DNA of 63,936 nucleotides, filler included, from Craspedostauros australis (GCA_030167865.1; 9 parts of 9 records of this genome joined end to end with filler, not necessarily neighbours in it), one strand, 5' to 3'. Positions 1 through 13,186 are shown, numbered from the whole stretch's first letter. The notes: generated by a model from the letters alone, not told the origin. A program made the numbers and translations.

Positions 1-1849
1 GGAAGGATGGATGATGCAGAACAAACAACAAGTGTGTACAGCTGCCTGTCGTGTGTCTCCGTTGGACGGAAAATGTGGCCGATCGGTCACGCCGACCACG
101 GGGGGAGGAGGAGCTGTGCGTGGGTTGGACTAAGATGACCACGGCATGATGATTGAGTCTCGGCATCAGTTCGTGCAATGAAAGGGAGGTGGCACCAGCA
201 ACCATTCCAACCTCATTGGCGGAGACAAACGGAAGACCCGAGGAAGAATGGAACACCCTGGCGACATGGTGGCAACACAGTAAGTGGCATGCGATGAACA
301 AGCTGAAGAACGATGGTGACGCACCAGCGTCATTTTGACTCCAAGAGAATGTGGTTCGTTAAAGCATCGGAATTCGCGCGTAAAAACACATGAAATGAGG
401 TGGAGAACACCGTTTTTGTATGAAAAAGTATTTTTCTGATGCACTAATGATGGAGATTACCGCGCCTCCCTGGTGGTTCCTGTGGAGAGGGAGAGGGAGA
501 GGGACAGGTGATTGTGTTCTTGATCAGTCGACACGCAACATCACTCCACTCTCCCTTGCCTTGTGAAGGGCCACGGAGAGGCAGTTTCGAAGGTTGAACA
601 CAGTCCCGTTGCCTTCTCTCTGTGACTCTGTGTGCCTATTTTGCGCAATGTTTGCGTGGTGTTTGACATGACCATTTGTGTCTCGTGGTGACGAGCGTTC
701 TGTTGTCATCGTCGACGGCGTTGTTGATGATACCGCACCCACGAACCTGTCTTCATGCCCTCGACGAGCATCTGTTGTCCTTCAACCCCGTTCCGACGAA
801 ATAGAGCCGTTCTGTCATCACTTCTGCACATGTTTGACAGTTTGGATCAACCAGAGATCAACCAGCCAAGAGGCAATCAAGCTACAGCGACAACCAAGAG
901 ACGGGGGGCTCTATACAGGTACACCCTCGACTTATAATTAGCAGGGGAGAGAGAAGGAACGAAGCAAGAGCGACAACGAGAGCAGCGCACAAGCCCGCGA
1001 CATCATTGTCAGCAATCCCCTTTCTCGTTGCAGGGACACGCACGTCACACCACGCCGCGCCACGTCGAGCCACTTCTGTTCTGTGTGACCAGCATCGACG
1101 AGGCGTTTGAGGAACACGGGGCCCTGTTGACTTGGAAGTGGGGACAACAAGGAAGCAGCGCCAAAAACGAGAATAACGTCCGCCGCGGCACCAAAATTAC
1201 CTCGCACACACCAAACACAGGGAGAGACCTGTCTGCCAAGCGCCCTGTGTGTACAACATCTGCCCCTCTTGCGTACAAGTGCCACACCGGTACTTCCTTC
1301 GCACGTATCTATTCGTGCAAAAAGCAAGGACGCAAGGATTCGCCAGTGTACGAGTGCGAGCAGCAGGTAGGCATCAGAGCTCCCACAAAGGCGCGAGCAA
1401 TTCTCGCCAAGCAGCTCGTCACGTGCGTGCAAGACACTCGCTGCAACGAAATAGGAGGCCCTACACGAGGAGAACAAGGAGCGCGCTTTATCACCCTGTC
1501 CCCATCTCTTCACACCGTCCCGCACATCATACTGCACATCATACCACAGATCACACCGCGTTCACTCCATTCCACAGCCTCCCGTCGGAATAAGACTGCC
1601 TTTGTGACCGTTGCTGTTCGTGCAGCGTCTCCTGCACCCATCCTCTTGCACAGTCGTAGCTGTAGCTCGTACACAAACACTCCACCCAGGTCTGTGGGCA
1701 GCTTCCACCACAACCACACGAACCACCCATCCTTCACCGTTCCACGCCGCTCCACGCCGCTTCGCACCGTGAACAAAGAAAGGAGACAACGACAGAAGCA
1801 TAGTCTAGCATTCTACCACAGAGCTCTTCGAGCCCATTTGCTCATCCAC

Positions 1850-4800
1850 ATGCAGATCCCAATGGCGCCCGTCCCAGAAGGAGAAACCCCAGGAGTCGCA
1901 GGAATACCAGAAGGACCGTCGCAAGACGCCTTCCAAAGTGCTTCTGGGGCCATGGAGATGGCAACCGTCGATCGGGTCCCTTCGGATCTAGAGAACGCAG
2001 TCAGCACCTCCCGTCGCTCCGACGATGGCCAGAACGATCGCAATGTTCCCCACAAGAAGCGGGGTCTGCGCTTTGGAGGTTCGCAAGAGATCCACAACAA
2101 CAGCGACAGAAGCCGCGAGCAAGCGCAGGGCGACAGCAACGGCGCTGGCCACCACAAGCTCGGCAAGGGGCACGATGCGGAGGAGGGCATCAATGGCCAT
2201 GGCGGCCGCGCGGTTCAGGGTGACACGGCTGACGACAACCACAGCTACTCGGTGTCCGGCAGCAGCATGGACACGAGCGACCCTCTCAAGCTTCACAGCC
2301 GGAAGTGGATCTTCGGCCTCCTCATCCTGTGCATAGGCGCAGGTGCGAGCGGCGCATTCTGGGGCTTGGGGCTTCGGGCCGTGGAGCACGAGGAGGATCT
2401 CCTGTTTCAGCAGGCCGCGGATGACCTCGCCTTCTCGGTGGAAGATGCCTGGCTCGACTACGAGCTCTTCGGAATCTGGGTCCACGAGTCCTGCCACGCA
2501 GACTTCAGGGCAGCCACCGAGACCGAGCTGGGCATCTGCACGAGGAGGCATTTCCGAGAGCTGCACGAGTACATCAAGTCCATCGGCCTGGAGTTCCACA
2601 ACGTGCAACTCGCGCCGAATGTCACCCATTCGCAACGCGCAACGCTGGAGGAGGAGGCACGCGCCTACTATGCGAAGTACTATCCCTCTGTCAACTACAG
2701 AGGCATCACCTCGTTGGGCTTCTCCGAGACTGGGGTCACCTTCTCGGAGAGTGAAGACAAACCGTATTACTTCCCGCTGCACTACATCGAGCCCATCAAT
2801 GAGAACACAGCAGGCATCGATTTTGATATCACATCGTCGAGGCTGCAGTGGCCATCCGTCGAGCTGGCGTTGGACACGTGGTCTCCCACGATCACAGATC
2901 CCGTCCGTTTGGCGTTGGAATCGGAAGAAGGCGCGACCGCCGTTGTCATGCACCATCCCGGCATCCCGCTGCAGGAGCGCAATCAAACGAAAGAGAACAG
3001 CGTTTCTGACAGCCTCGCGCTTGTCACCATCCGCATCCCCTCCCTCATGCGGAGGGCAGCCACCAAGCAGACGACCGACGGCATGGACGTCTTCATGTAC
3101 GACACCACCAACAAGGAATCAGAACCGAAATTCCTGGGAGCGGCCGTATTCATGGTCCACGATGGGGAAACCCTCTCCACCACGATGCCACCCGTCGAAA
3201 TTGCCGACATCGGCAAGCCCAAGGATCGTCGGTACGCGGAGCGCATTATACACATCGCCGATCGCGAGTGGCTCGTCGCAATCCGTTCTCAGGATGGAAC
3301 ATACGAGGCGGATATCACCTACGTTGTGCTGGGAGGGTCGATCATCATCTTCGCGAGCATCATCCTCTCCGTCTGGTTCTGCACGCACATGAACCGGCTC
3401 GTCAAGATCAACAAGATCAAATCGCAGGCAGAGCGAGAGAAGTCGCAGATCATCATCGAGACGGCGCGTCGGCAGACCGTTGCAGAACGCCAGCTCAACG
3501 AGTATCTGGCCCACGAAGTCCGCAACCCGCTCTCATCTGCCATCGCCGCCCTCAGCTTCGTGTCGGCAACCGTTCACGATACCCACATTGCCGACGACAG
3601 AACCAAGGCATCGCTGCGAGACGACCTCAAGATCATGGACGCGAGCTTGCAATTCATCAACGAGCTGCTTCGGAACATGCTGGACATGCACAGAGCAGCC
3701 GACAAGCAGATGAAGATCACGATGGCGCCGACGGACCTGCTCCGCGATGTTCTGGAGCCGGTGGCAGCCATCCTGTACCTGCGAGGCAGTGAGATGCAGA
3801 TCCTCGTCGAGTGCCCCAACAACTTGATGGTCCTCACCGACCGCCTGCGCCTCAAGCAAATCGTCCTCAACTTGGCGACCAACGCTTCCAAATTCGTCGA
3901 GCAAGGCTTCATCCGACTGCGCGCGGCGATTATCGACGGCTGCGTCCAAGTCAACGTCGAAGATTCAGGACCTGGTGTTCCGCCGGAGAAGCGCGATCGG
4001 CTCTTCGTCAAGTTCCAAGAGAGCCTGGACCTACTCAATCAAGGCACCGGCATCGGCCTCTGCCTCTGCAAGCACCTGTCGCAACTCATGCACGGTGACA
4101 TCTGGCTCGACTCCCACTATCACAGCGGGGTCACGGGTTGCCGCGGATCTCGGTTCGTCGTCGATCTGAAAGTCCCGCCGCTCACGGTGGAGCAGGCCAT
4201 GTTGCAGATGGGATCGGACGATTTTGAGGAAGATGTCAAGATATCCTTGGAGGACGGGACGCTTGTTAATTCATCCCAGTCATCATCGGTCGCACCTGCC
4301 ACCTCAACATCAACACCATCCACGGAGGTGGGCAGCGACCTCACACAGAGATCAATTTGCCACACCAGTCCCAAGGGAGAGGATGCGGTCGTAGCGGCAT
4401 ATGCTCTGCCTGAAACTCTGTCCGTTTTGTTCGTGGATGACGATATGATTCTGCGGAAGCTCTTCAAGCGCTCCATCCAACGAGTGGCCAAAGAGTGGCA
4501 AATCGAGGAAGCATCCAACGGCGAAACGGCATTGCAGATGGCGCAGTCGAAGCATTTTGACTTGATCTTTGTCGTAAGTACCTGCTGTGTCACGTCGCGC
4601 TTCGCGATGCAATGTGTTGCGACGCTCCAATCTCCTTTACGATCATTTGTCCAAAGCCATCCGATTGTCTTGCTACTTCTCCTTGCTTCCTTATTCCGTC
4701 TGTCACATGCCATTCACTCGACCAACACACACACTAACGTTGCGTTGCGCTTGCTCTACTTCTCTCTGTTCCACATTCCCAAACCAAACTGGTGCAATTT

Positions 4801-5085
4801 AAACTTCCTCAACACATTCATCACCAACCCCCCGGGATCATCCAACAACAGGATCAATACATGGCATCGATTGAGAAGCAGCTGTTGGGGAGCGAGACGG
4901 CCCGTGCCTTGCGTTCGAGGGGTGTGTCAGCCAAGATATGTGGGCTTTCGGCCAACGACGCGGAATCACTCTTCCTTGATGCGGGAGCCAACTGCTTCAT
5001 GTTCAAGCCGTTCCCTTGCGAACCAGTGGCGCTGAGAAAAGAGCTGCACAGAGTCCTACACAGCGGATCGCGAGGTGGGGATTGA
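1850..5085 (+). CDS. CHASE-domain hybrid sensor histidine kinase (TM-CHASE-TM-HisKA-HATPase-REC), 2 exons, ~985 aa
   Basis: Exons 1850-4573 and 4852-5085 (GTAAGT...CAACAG, phase 0). Splicing gives DLIFV|DQYM and restores the receiver Asp. H-box YLAHEVRNPL, N-box QIVLNLATNASKF, G1 VEDSGPGV, G2 QGTGIGLCLC. CHASE-like APNVTHSQRATLEE...YFPLHYIEP lies between two hydrophobic helices. Start could be ATG 1850 or 1862. Confidence 0.9.
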
Positions 5086-5437
5086 TGAAGAAGAAACGGA
5101 TATGTTGTCTTGTATGTATGAACTCGTACGGATGAGACTGTGCAAATACACGGACATGCCTGGGATAGCATCATGGGCAGCAGCAGCAGCAGAAGTCGCA
5201 AAATCCGAAGCAGCAGCACAACCACAAGCAAATCATGCCATCTGGCAACGTAATCGGTGGCAATCGTTACAATCGAAGCCATGGCGGATACTACATGGAT
5301 GAGTCCTGTTCAAGCCCAAATATAGGTGCATTTGTAAGATTCATGATAACTTTTTTGCATAGAATCGATCACGCATGCGCTTTTCTCCAGCAGCGACATC
5401 AAGATCCTGCTGCTCCGCCACGCTATCTGGCTCTCCG

Positions 5438-6550
5438 CTATTTCTGTGCCGAAAGCAACGCAATGAATCCGTCCCTGGTACCACCAGAAGCTGGAGTAAC
5501 GACGGTCAGAACTTGATCGACAAACGCTGCTATGACTCTCTGATGATCGAACCCAGAATTGTCAGCGTTCATGAGCTGCGCATCACCTTCCTTGCACCGC
5601 CACCGAAGCTTGTCTTTGGCAGCGTTCGCCGCCTTCGCACAAGATCGATCCCTCCTCGCAATGACACCGACGAACTTGCGCAGCTTCTGATCCATCTGGT
5701 GGATTTGGTTCTGCAGCGTCCTCAGCCGCTCGGCATGGAGCTCTTCTTCATTCCGGCTCTCATCCACCACCTGCACGATGGGCGCACAGTCCCGAATGAA
5801 CTGCAGGATTGCGTGAGCGTCGTTATCTTGGCTATCATTATGCACCGATTGTACAAGGCGTTTGCAATTGGCCTCCCAGTACACCTCGCCAGGTGGTTCG
5901 AAGGATTCTCGCATCTTGTCCATGACGTGCTGCGGAACGCGTTCTCGTCCCTCACGACGATCATTGCGATCCACACACACATCGTACGCAGTGTCCATCC
6001 ACAGAATTCCGAACTTGACGGACACCGATGTCTGAGCAGCTTTTGATGTTGATGTTGTTGCGGGCGGTGCAGCATAGTCACACAGCAGACGATGGACCTG
6101 CTTCCTCATGCCGCGGAGGTGGTAGTTGTCGTTGAGGAGATAAATCCGTGAGGGTACATCCTGTTGCTGCCGCTGCCGCTGCTGATATAATGGTGACGCT
6201 ACCAGCTCGTCTAACCCACATCGCAGCGTCTCCATCGCTATTCGCCTTGCTTCGTTCCACGCTTTGCGTCGTGCCTCCCAATCAATGTCAGTGGTTAGAT
6301 TGTTTGCTGCTGAATCGTGAGCTGAAGCAACAGCCGAGGCAGTGGCAGACGCAGACTCAGCTACAGCAGAGGACGCATCGACTACGCCTTGTTCCAGAGC
6401 GTCATATTCCACGTGGATGATCTTTGGAAGCGATGACGACGGCAACAACGACAATTCCACCAGTCGCCTCGCGACGGTGCTCTTCCCTGAACCCGGAAGA
6501 CCGCAGAGGAGGATCACAGTGGCGCAGGGAGTGGAATGGCCGTCCTCCAT
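5438..6550 (-). CDS. PSTK: L-seryl-tRNA(Sec) kinase (PSTK)-like P-loop kinase, 370 aa
   Basis: N-terminal Walker A LCGLPGSGKST, IIHVEYD, LNDNYHLRGMRK, CVDRNDRR..ERVP, FEPP, and C-terminal HQMDQKLRKFVG, as in the PSTK/KTI12 family. Confidence 0.75.
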   Translation of the reverse strand: MEDGHSTPCATVILLCGLPGSGKSTVARRLVELSLLPSSSLPKIIHVEYDALEQGVVDASSAVAESASATASAVASAHDSAANNLTTDIDWEARRKAWNEARRIAMETLRCGLDELVASPLYQQRQRQQQDVPSRIYLLNDNYHLRGMRKQVHRLLCDYAAPPATTSTSKAAQTSVSVKFGILWMDTAYDVCVDRNDRREGRERVPQHVMDKMRESFEPPGEVYWEANCKRLVQSVHNDSQDNDAHAILQFIRDCAPIVQVVDESRNEEELHAERLRTLQNQIHQMDQKLRKFVGVIARRDRSCAKAANAAKDKLRWRCKEGDAQLMNADNSGFDHQRVIAAFVDQVLTVVTPASGGTRDGFIALLSAQK

Positions 6551-6870
6551 GTTGATGTCTCGTGGTGAATCAATGAGCGTGGCCGTGGTGATGAATGAGG
6601 AAATGAGGAACGAAATGCGAAATCGATTGGAAGCTACGGCGATATATATATGTTATGTAGTTCTTCGTGACCAGTCGCCAGCCTCAAACGTGCATTTTGA
6701 TCAACTCGACCACGTGTGAACATGACTCACTCAATCACGTATCGAAACAACCAAAGCCAAACACATCCAAACCATTGCCATCTCCTTGTGCGTTGCCAGG
6801 CCTCCGCAACTCGCACAATCCGACATCCCATCGCACCCATCGCACCCATCACAACCCTTCGTATCCCATC

Positions 6871-8487
6871 ATGCTGTCGACGCTTCGAGAGGCAAGAGCT
6901 GCGGCAAGGTTCGGCAGAGGCTGGTTGAATTCCGCCGTGGAAAAGTGCAGCCAGACGCAGCAGGCGAACCACACGTGGCCTTCGCCATGGAGCCAACCAC
7001 GGCAGACTCGCAGCATGCATGCGTCGCGGGTGCTTGCGGTTCCCAAGACGGAGAACGCATCGAAGGATACGAGGTTGGCGGGAAGGATCCGGTTCTACAA
7101 GGAGCTCGATGTCGTCGAGGTCCCAGCCCCGTGGGATCAGGGCAACGAGGATGGTGCAGATGACGATGCCGTGGCGTCGCCGATCTCCGCGGGCGTGGAT
7201 GGCACGGATTCCGCATCAGGCGTGCAACGTCCGACGGCCGGTGACAACCGCTCGCAGCTGCGCGCCATGCTGCAGCCACGCACTCCGGGCACAGAGATCG
7301 CATCGGATGCGCAGAATGAAACACAATGGTTTGGCGTTTCGTTGGATGGAAGGACGCTGAAGACGCCGATGGGGCAGGCGCTTGCCGTGCCAAGCCAGAG
7401 CCTGGCGTTTGCCATTGCGGCGGAGTGGGATGCGCAGAAGAAGTACCTGCAACCAGCGCAGATGCCATTGATGACCATGACCTGCACGGCGTTGGATCAG
7501 GTGTCCATGCACCCTGTCAGCTACCAGGAGCAGGCTTTGAATTACTTGACGACGGACACGGTGAGTTGATGCATAGTGGAGTATGCGGTGACATTCACTG
7601 CTGGTGCTCCTGCACCTGCGGTTTCACTCGAATACAGAGTATTGCTCATCGGTCTTTGTTCAAGGACCTCTCTTCTGCATGGCACCGAATGCATCACCAT
7701 GAGGATAGAGCAATGAGTCACAGATTTTCCATGTGTCTGCTCTGCTGGTCGATGTTGGAAACAGAGCTACTATGATTCATTTTGTACTCTTCCTGCCAGG
7801 CATACGCAATCCATACTATCTGTCCTCCCAAACAAAACACACGCACAGATGGGTTGTGCCACAATGTTGCCTCCGTATCAGCAATTCCTTTCGGTTTCAT
7901 CTCATTTTGTCTCACTTTACTTCATTCCGCTCTACCCTCTTTTTTATCCACTTTTGCAACTGCCACCATGCTGCTGCTACCATCGCATGCACTCACAGAC
8001 ATGCTTCTGGGCCGACCCGACCGAAGACCGAGTGCTGCATCGTCGCCAGCAGGAGGCGTGGGATGGCTTGCACAGCTTTGTGAAACAGCATTTCGAATCC
8101 AAACCATCCATCGCGCTGGGCGCTGGCGAGGCGTTGGCGATGTCCCGCAAGCGCAAGAACAAGCCGAATGCCGGCCTCCCACATCCCGACCAGCTCTACG
8201 AACGTGCGAAGGAATACACCGTCAATCTGGATGCGTGGCATTTGGTGGCATTGCACGCGGTGTGCATGCAAGCAAAGAGTTTCTTCGTCGGTGTCGGTAT
8301 GCTGGAAAAGGCATCGCCGTTGGATGTAAAGAAGGCAGTCGAGGCATCTCGTGTTGAGGAGGAGTTCCAGATCTCCATCTGGGGTCTCGTCGAAGGTGGA
8401 CATGACTACGATCGTCTCAATTGTTCCATCCAGCTGGGCGCTGCACAGATTCTATTGCAAACAATCCGAGCTGAAAATGAAGTGTAG
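6871..8487 (+). CDS. ATP12: Mitochondrial F1-ATPase assembly factor ATP12/ATPAF2, 2 exons, ~392 aa
   Basis: Exons 6871-7560 and 7999-8487 (GTGAGT...CACAG, phase 0; LTTDT|TCFWAD). Motifs RFYK, VSLDGRTLKTP, LAFAIAAEW, MPLM, ASRVEEEFQ..WGLVEGGHD. Arg-rich N-terminal presequence. Confidence 0.93.
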
Positions 8488-8904
8488 TGCGATACTCTTT
8501 CAACAATTTTAGAGCAGAGAGTTTGGTACGAGCAGAGTACTCCTACAAACATTCTATTCACATCATACAAATGGAGTAGTGATGTTTGGCACTGTACGTA
8601 GGTACGAGCTATGCACCATGCAATAGTGAACTAGAATTTAGGAAGCTCATGGGTGCGATGAATTTGCAATCGACGTTGTGGCTGAAAAAGTACATGAAAC
8701 AGAGATGATGTTTGCACTCGCACTCGTGGGAACGACAAGCACGGAATATGTCATAGATACTGAGCCACGCATGATGTTGCATAACATTCCCAACCTCCTT
8801 TGCGCCATTCACGGTGGTATAAAATCTTCCCCCTTCAGTTCTTTCCTGTCCACCTCCCTCCCTGTCTGCCACCTGCCTTCTCTTCTCTCCATTCCTTCCT
8901 TTCT

Positions 8905-10134
8905 TTAGTCGGCACTGAGGATGGAAAGGCTGTGCTGAAGCTGCTGAGTGTACCGATTAAGCGCAGACACGATCTGAGAATCCTTGACTTGCCGTTCCGT
9001 GGCCTCGTCCAACAAATCCTGCTGCAGCGCCTTGAGCTCATGCTCGACACGATTTTGGAATGCATCCTGCTCCGCCGCTCGCGATTGATGCTGCAGCTGC
9101 AGCTGCTGCTCCAACTTGCACACCTGTTCGATGCGCTCCTCGCGTTCGTGATTCCAACGCGCCTCGAATTCCTTGGAGTATCCCTCGACCTGCTGCAGCA
9201 GCCGTCCTTCCCGCCGTATCCGTGCCTTGCGCTCGGCTTCCTGCTGCTGCTGCAGATCCTCCAGCGACTCCTTGAAGGTCGCGGCCTGCTTCTGCACCTG
9301 CTCCACGTGCGCGGTGGAGTCCGTCTTCCACCGCTCCTCGAGATTGTCCAGCCGAGATTCGATGACCTCCAACCGCGAACGGATGCGCTCGTTGTCCTCC
9401 TCCAGCTGCTTTCGCAAACGATCCTCCATCTCCTTGACGAGCTGTCTGGCCTGGCCGTCAATGCTGGTGGTGGCGTCCAATCTGCGTTTCGTCTCGGCCG
9501 CAATCCCCTGCTCCAGCTGCTTGATCTGGACCTTGAGCTCCGCGACGTGGTATTCCTCTCGTTCTTTTCGGATCTGGAGATTCAGACCAACGATGCCGCA
9601 CGTGAATGTCGTGGATGGGGGAGAAATGAATTGTGAAACAAGTGTTCGGAGGAGTAGAGTGCGGGTACGTGCCGTTCGGTAAAGAGTGTTAGCGCGCGGA
9701 ATGAAGTGAGAAAGTGAATGTTGAATTTCCACCTATCAAATTGTTTCATCCGCATGTCTGCTTCATGTGAGAACCAGATATTATAGAATACTACAGATTA
9801 CTCTGTACAAGCCTGGGACGAAGATATAATGGATGAAGGCAAATTGACTTACCCGATTGCGTTCTCGCATGACCTCCTCGAAGGTGTTGGAGTCATCCAC
9901 GGTTCCCACGTCGAGCGCGGTGAGAGCCAGGTTGAATCCGGGCGAGGTGGTGGCGATGTTGCGGACGATCGAAGGGCTCATTGTCCGCACATTATTGCTG
10001 GTGCTACTGAAGCTGATGTCGTTGACGTTGATATCTGCATGAGTGAGCGTATTGTCGTTGTCGTTGTTGCCGCTGTTGTGACTGTTGTCGCCATTGTCGG
10101 GCTTGATCACGTTCTCTTCGGTTGGAACTGCCAT
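8905..10134 (-). CDS. SF-assemblin/beta-giardin family coiled-coil protein, 2 exons, ~316 aa
   Basis: Exons 10134-9853 and 9573-8905 (GTAAGT...CTCCAG, phase 0; RERNR|IRKERE). Non-helical head, then rod with ETKRR, ERKARIRREG, and the family-like C-terminus ERQVKDSQIVSALNRYTQQLQHSL. Confidence 0.78.
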
Positions 10135-10985
10135 CGTGAGATCGTCCTTGTTTGTATGGTATGATAGTATTGGTGGTGTTGGTATTCTAGTATGGTACTG
10201 TGGAAAGTCTACTCGTGCACAACCGACTTGGCCTTTCCACAACTGATCTCTTCTGTTGACTTTGGGCTTGGATGGGCTTGGTGGTTGGCGTATCAAGAGA
10301 GGAGACTCCAATTGAAGAATGAACTCCAACAAGAACGATGTCCGGATCGCCCATGGCCAGCAATGTCATTGGTTGTAGCATCGCCTTCTTCTCTTTGTCT
10401 TTGTTTCGTGTTGAGTTTTCGTGGTATTTCTGAGTCACGTGTGATCATGACTTGCTTGCTCCACATAGCCTATCGCTGCGCGTTAGCCTACTGCGCTGCG
10501 TTGCGAGTGGCAGCACTCTTTGATAGAGTGTAAACCTTCCTTGGTCCTTCCATTGATGACAACATATCTTGGACTGAGTTCGGAAAGATGAGGCACTCTT
10601 CTCTGTGTCTCTCCTACGTACTCATACAAACGACGATTGTACTATGTGAAGTTGGTCTTCAGAGGTCAGAACACTACTCGACGTGCGTGTACTGGAGTTG
10701 GTGACTATGCAAAAAGTACTCTAAGGTTTGCCTGTTGTTGCTGGCGAATGCATTGATGTGTCAGGAGCAATCCAGATCAATGCTTCAGTATGCACCATGC
10801 GTCATGCTTGTTGGAACAGTCTTCGAAATCAAATGGTGCTGCTGTCGATTGAGATCATGTCATGAACTTGTGATCCCGTTGGATCCCATCGTGGGATTCA
10901 GTGTGCACCCCAAATGTTCACAGCTCCGCGGATATTCGAGTCGAGAGCAGGCATCGTGTCAAGGCCATCGTGCTGAGACAGTCAA

Positions 10986-11996
10986 TCAAGGGGTCTTGGA
11001 GTGTGACGAGTCACCTGCGCTGTCAGTGCTGGAATTGGATTCTTCGTCCTTCGCCGCGTCCTTGCTGGCATCATTCTTCCGTCCAAAGTACCTCACCAAC
11101 GTTGGCATGGTGGCAACCGTGAAACCAAATCGAATTGGTTCCGTGAACTTGACTGCGATCCATGCCACACCGAGATTTCCAAGCCCAGGATTGCGTTCGA
11201 AGAACGGCACGAATGGCTTCGTCCAGGCGTAGTGGTTCATGACCTCGACAACGACTTCCACGGTGGATCGGGGCCCTCCGCTTCCATCTTCCGCCGGTGC
11301 CACGTAATCAATGACGAAGGCTGGGTCCATCAATCCGTTGTCGATGACGAGGAAGAAGACACCCAGAGTGGATACGTACACGGTGAGGTACGTACCCACG
11401 AAGATTCCTCCGTACTTGCGCATCATGTCTTGGAACCCCGGTTTGCTCTTGTTGTTGTTATCGTCGTTGCTTGGAGTGGTGGCGGCTCTTGCGTCGCCTT
11501 GGGCCTTCAATTTGGCATCGTCCGTGCTATCATGGGTATCATTTGAACCTTTCGATGACAATGACGCTGCTGCTGTCGATCCTGGTGGTGGTGTGGTGGT
11601 GGAGAATGCGCGCGTGTGGACGGAATGATTGATCCCCAGAATCTTGTTGCTGTTGTGAAGGAATGGCATGACCGAGCGAGAGGCATCACAAGTGGCATCA
11701 TCCCGCTTTCCGTTGTCGAAGCTGGACACCGATGCAGACCGATCCGCAAGGAACCACGGCTGCCCATTGTTGACGATCGTCGATGAATGCCATCGTCTTG
11801 CGACCGATTGAAGCTGTTTTCCATCCCGCAATGACGTCAGTCCGCTGCAGATTCTTTGATGTCTCATCGCGTCGTTGACGATGATGGCGCTGCGTCGACT
11901 GCCGATGGCGGCCGTCGGTGATGCGAAGCGACGCAACGCCGCGTGGACGATGCCATGGTGTGGAAACATGCGTCGTGGACACTGGCTGGCGATCAT
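10986..11996 (-). CDS. FAM210/DUF1279 mitochondrial membrane protein
   Basis: MMRKYGGIFVGTYLTVYVSTLGVFFLVIDNG and NLGVAWIAVKFTEPIRFGFTVATMP match DUF1279. Arg/Ser-rich presequence from ATG 11996. Confidence 0.85.
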   Translation of the reverse strand: MIASQCPRRMFPHHGIVHAALRRFASPTAAIGSRRSAIIVNDAMRHQRICSGLTSLRDGKQLQSVARRWHSSTIVNNGQPWFLADRSASVSSFDNGKRDDATCDASRSVMPFLHNSNKILGINHSVHTRAFSTTTPPPGSTAAASLSSKGSNDTHDSTDDAKLKAQGDARAATTPSNDDNNNKSKPGFQDMMRKYGGIFVGTYLTVYVSTLGVFFLVIDNGLMDPAFVIDYVAPAEDGSGGPRSTVEVVVEVMNHYAWTKPFVPFFERNPGLGNLGVAWIAVKFTEPIRFGFTVATMPTLVRYFGRKNDASKDAAKDEESNSSTDSAGDSSHSKTP

Positions 11997-13186
11997 GGTG
12001 GATTGGGAGCGAGAGAGAGTGTGTGTGTGAGAGAGAGTTGTAGTCGTATGACATGGGAATGAGAATGAGGACTGAGCGATGTGGTGTGGAGATTCTTCTT
12101 GGTGCTGCGTACGAGCATCTGTGTCTCGCAAAACGTTTGTGTGCGGGTTTCGCGCGTTAAATTCGCGCGCTGTCATTTGTGCGTGTTGCTCTTGTTCAGG
12201 TCGCGTTTTGTCTGCGAACCCTTCTTGTCCCTGTTCGTGTTTGGTTTGTTCATCTTTTCCCTCCGTGATCTCTGTGTACGTTTCTTGACTCATCTGACTG
12301 ATGCGTCACGACCCACGGATGGCGGACAGACGAATCGTTCCCTTTCCGCCAACAGATTCGTGCTCTAAAACTCCACATGTTCACCTCTCCAAGATCATCA
12401 CATTGGTTGGGATGGAGCCTCCAAGATTCATGAGTATGTTGAAGTGCTCCATTCCGCGAACAGAGTGTTGGAGGAGACGAATCTCTCCCTCTGCCATTAC
12501 TATGGCTGTTGTATTTTCCAAACAAGTCAAGGGAACGCAGCCGGGTTCCATCACGAGCAGGAAACAGCCCTGGGGATGGCTCTCCTCTCGATCGTCTCCC
12601 AGCGCTGAATGGTTGATTAGGCACGTGATGGAAGGTCGAAAGTAGGCTACACAGAAAACCGTTGCTTGCAAACTTCTGTGTTGTGCAGTTCCGCACACGC
12701 ATCGTCAAGAGCTATGCTCGAGGTCGTACTCGTGATCCTTTCCTTGCTTGTTGGGGTACACGATCTTCCAGGATCAACGACGAACGTGTCTCCCACGGCT
12801 ACCATCCTGTGAGTAGTCCCATCTACACACACACAAGAAGCCCGCGATTGCGACGACGATTATGCACGACTTGAATTGTCGACATGGATGTGACTGATAC
12901 CCGCCAATGAAAGTGCGCGAAACGGTCCCCGCACGTCCACCGATTGACACCAACAACGCAATTTCACAATCAGAAGCCAAACACATCAACCTCCTTCTGG
13001 CAATTCCAAAAGATCCAATCAAGGTGCAACATGGCGATCGCCGCATCCAAACAGAAGCGTTGATGCAAATCCCTCCACGCCCTGCGATCGGCCGTTTGCC
13101 TGTTTGCGTCTTCGTGAGGACGAACACTCTGCACAAAAAGCTGCGCATCCAGTCCGAAACGCAACACCAACAACCAAGACGCCAAC

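Noticed and set aside
1028..1849. N-terminal 274-aa extension of the 1335-aa ORF
   Set aside because: It starts at TTG and has promoter/UTR-like composition; the first ATGs are at 1850 and 1862.
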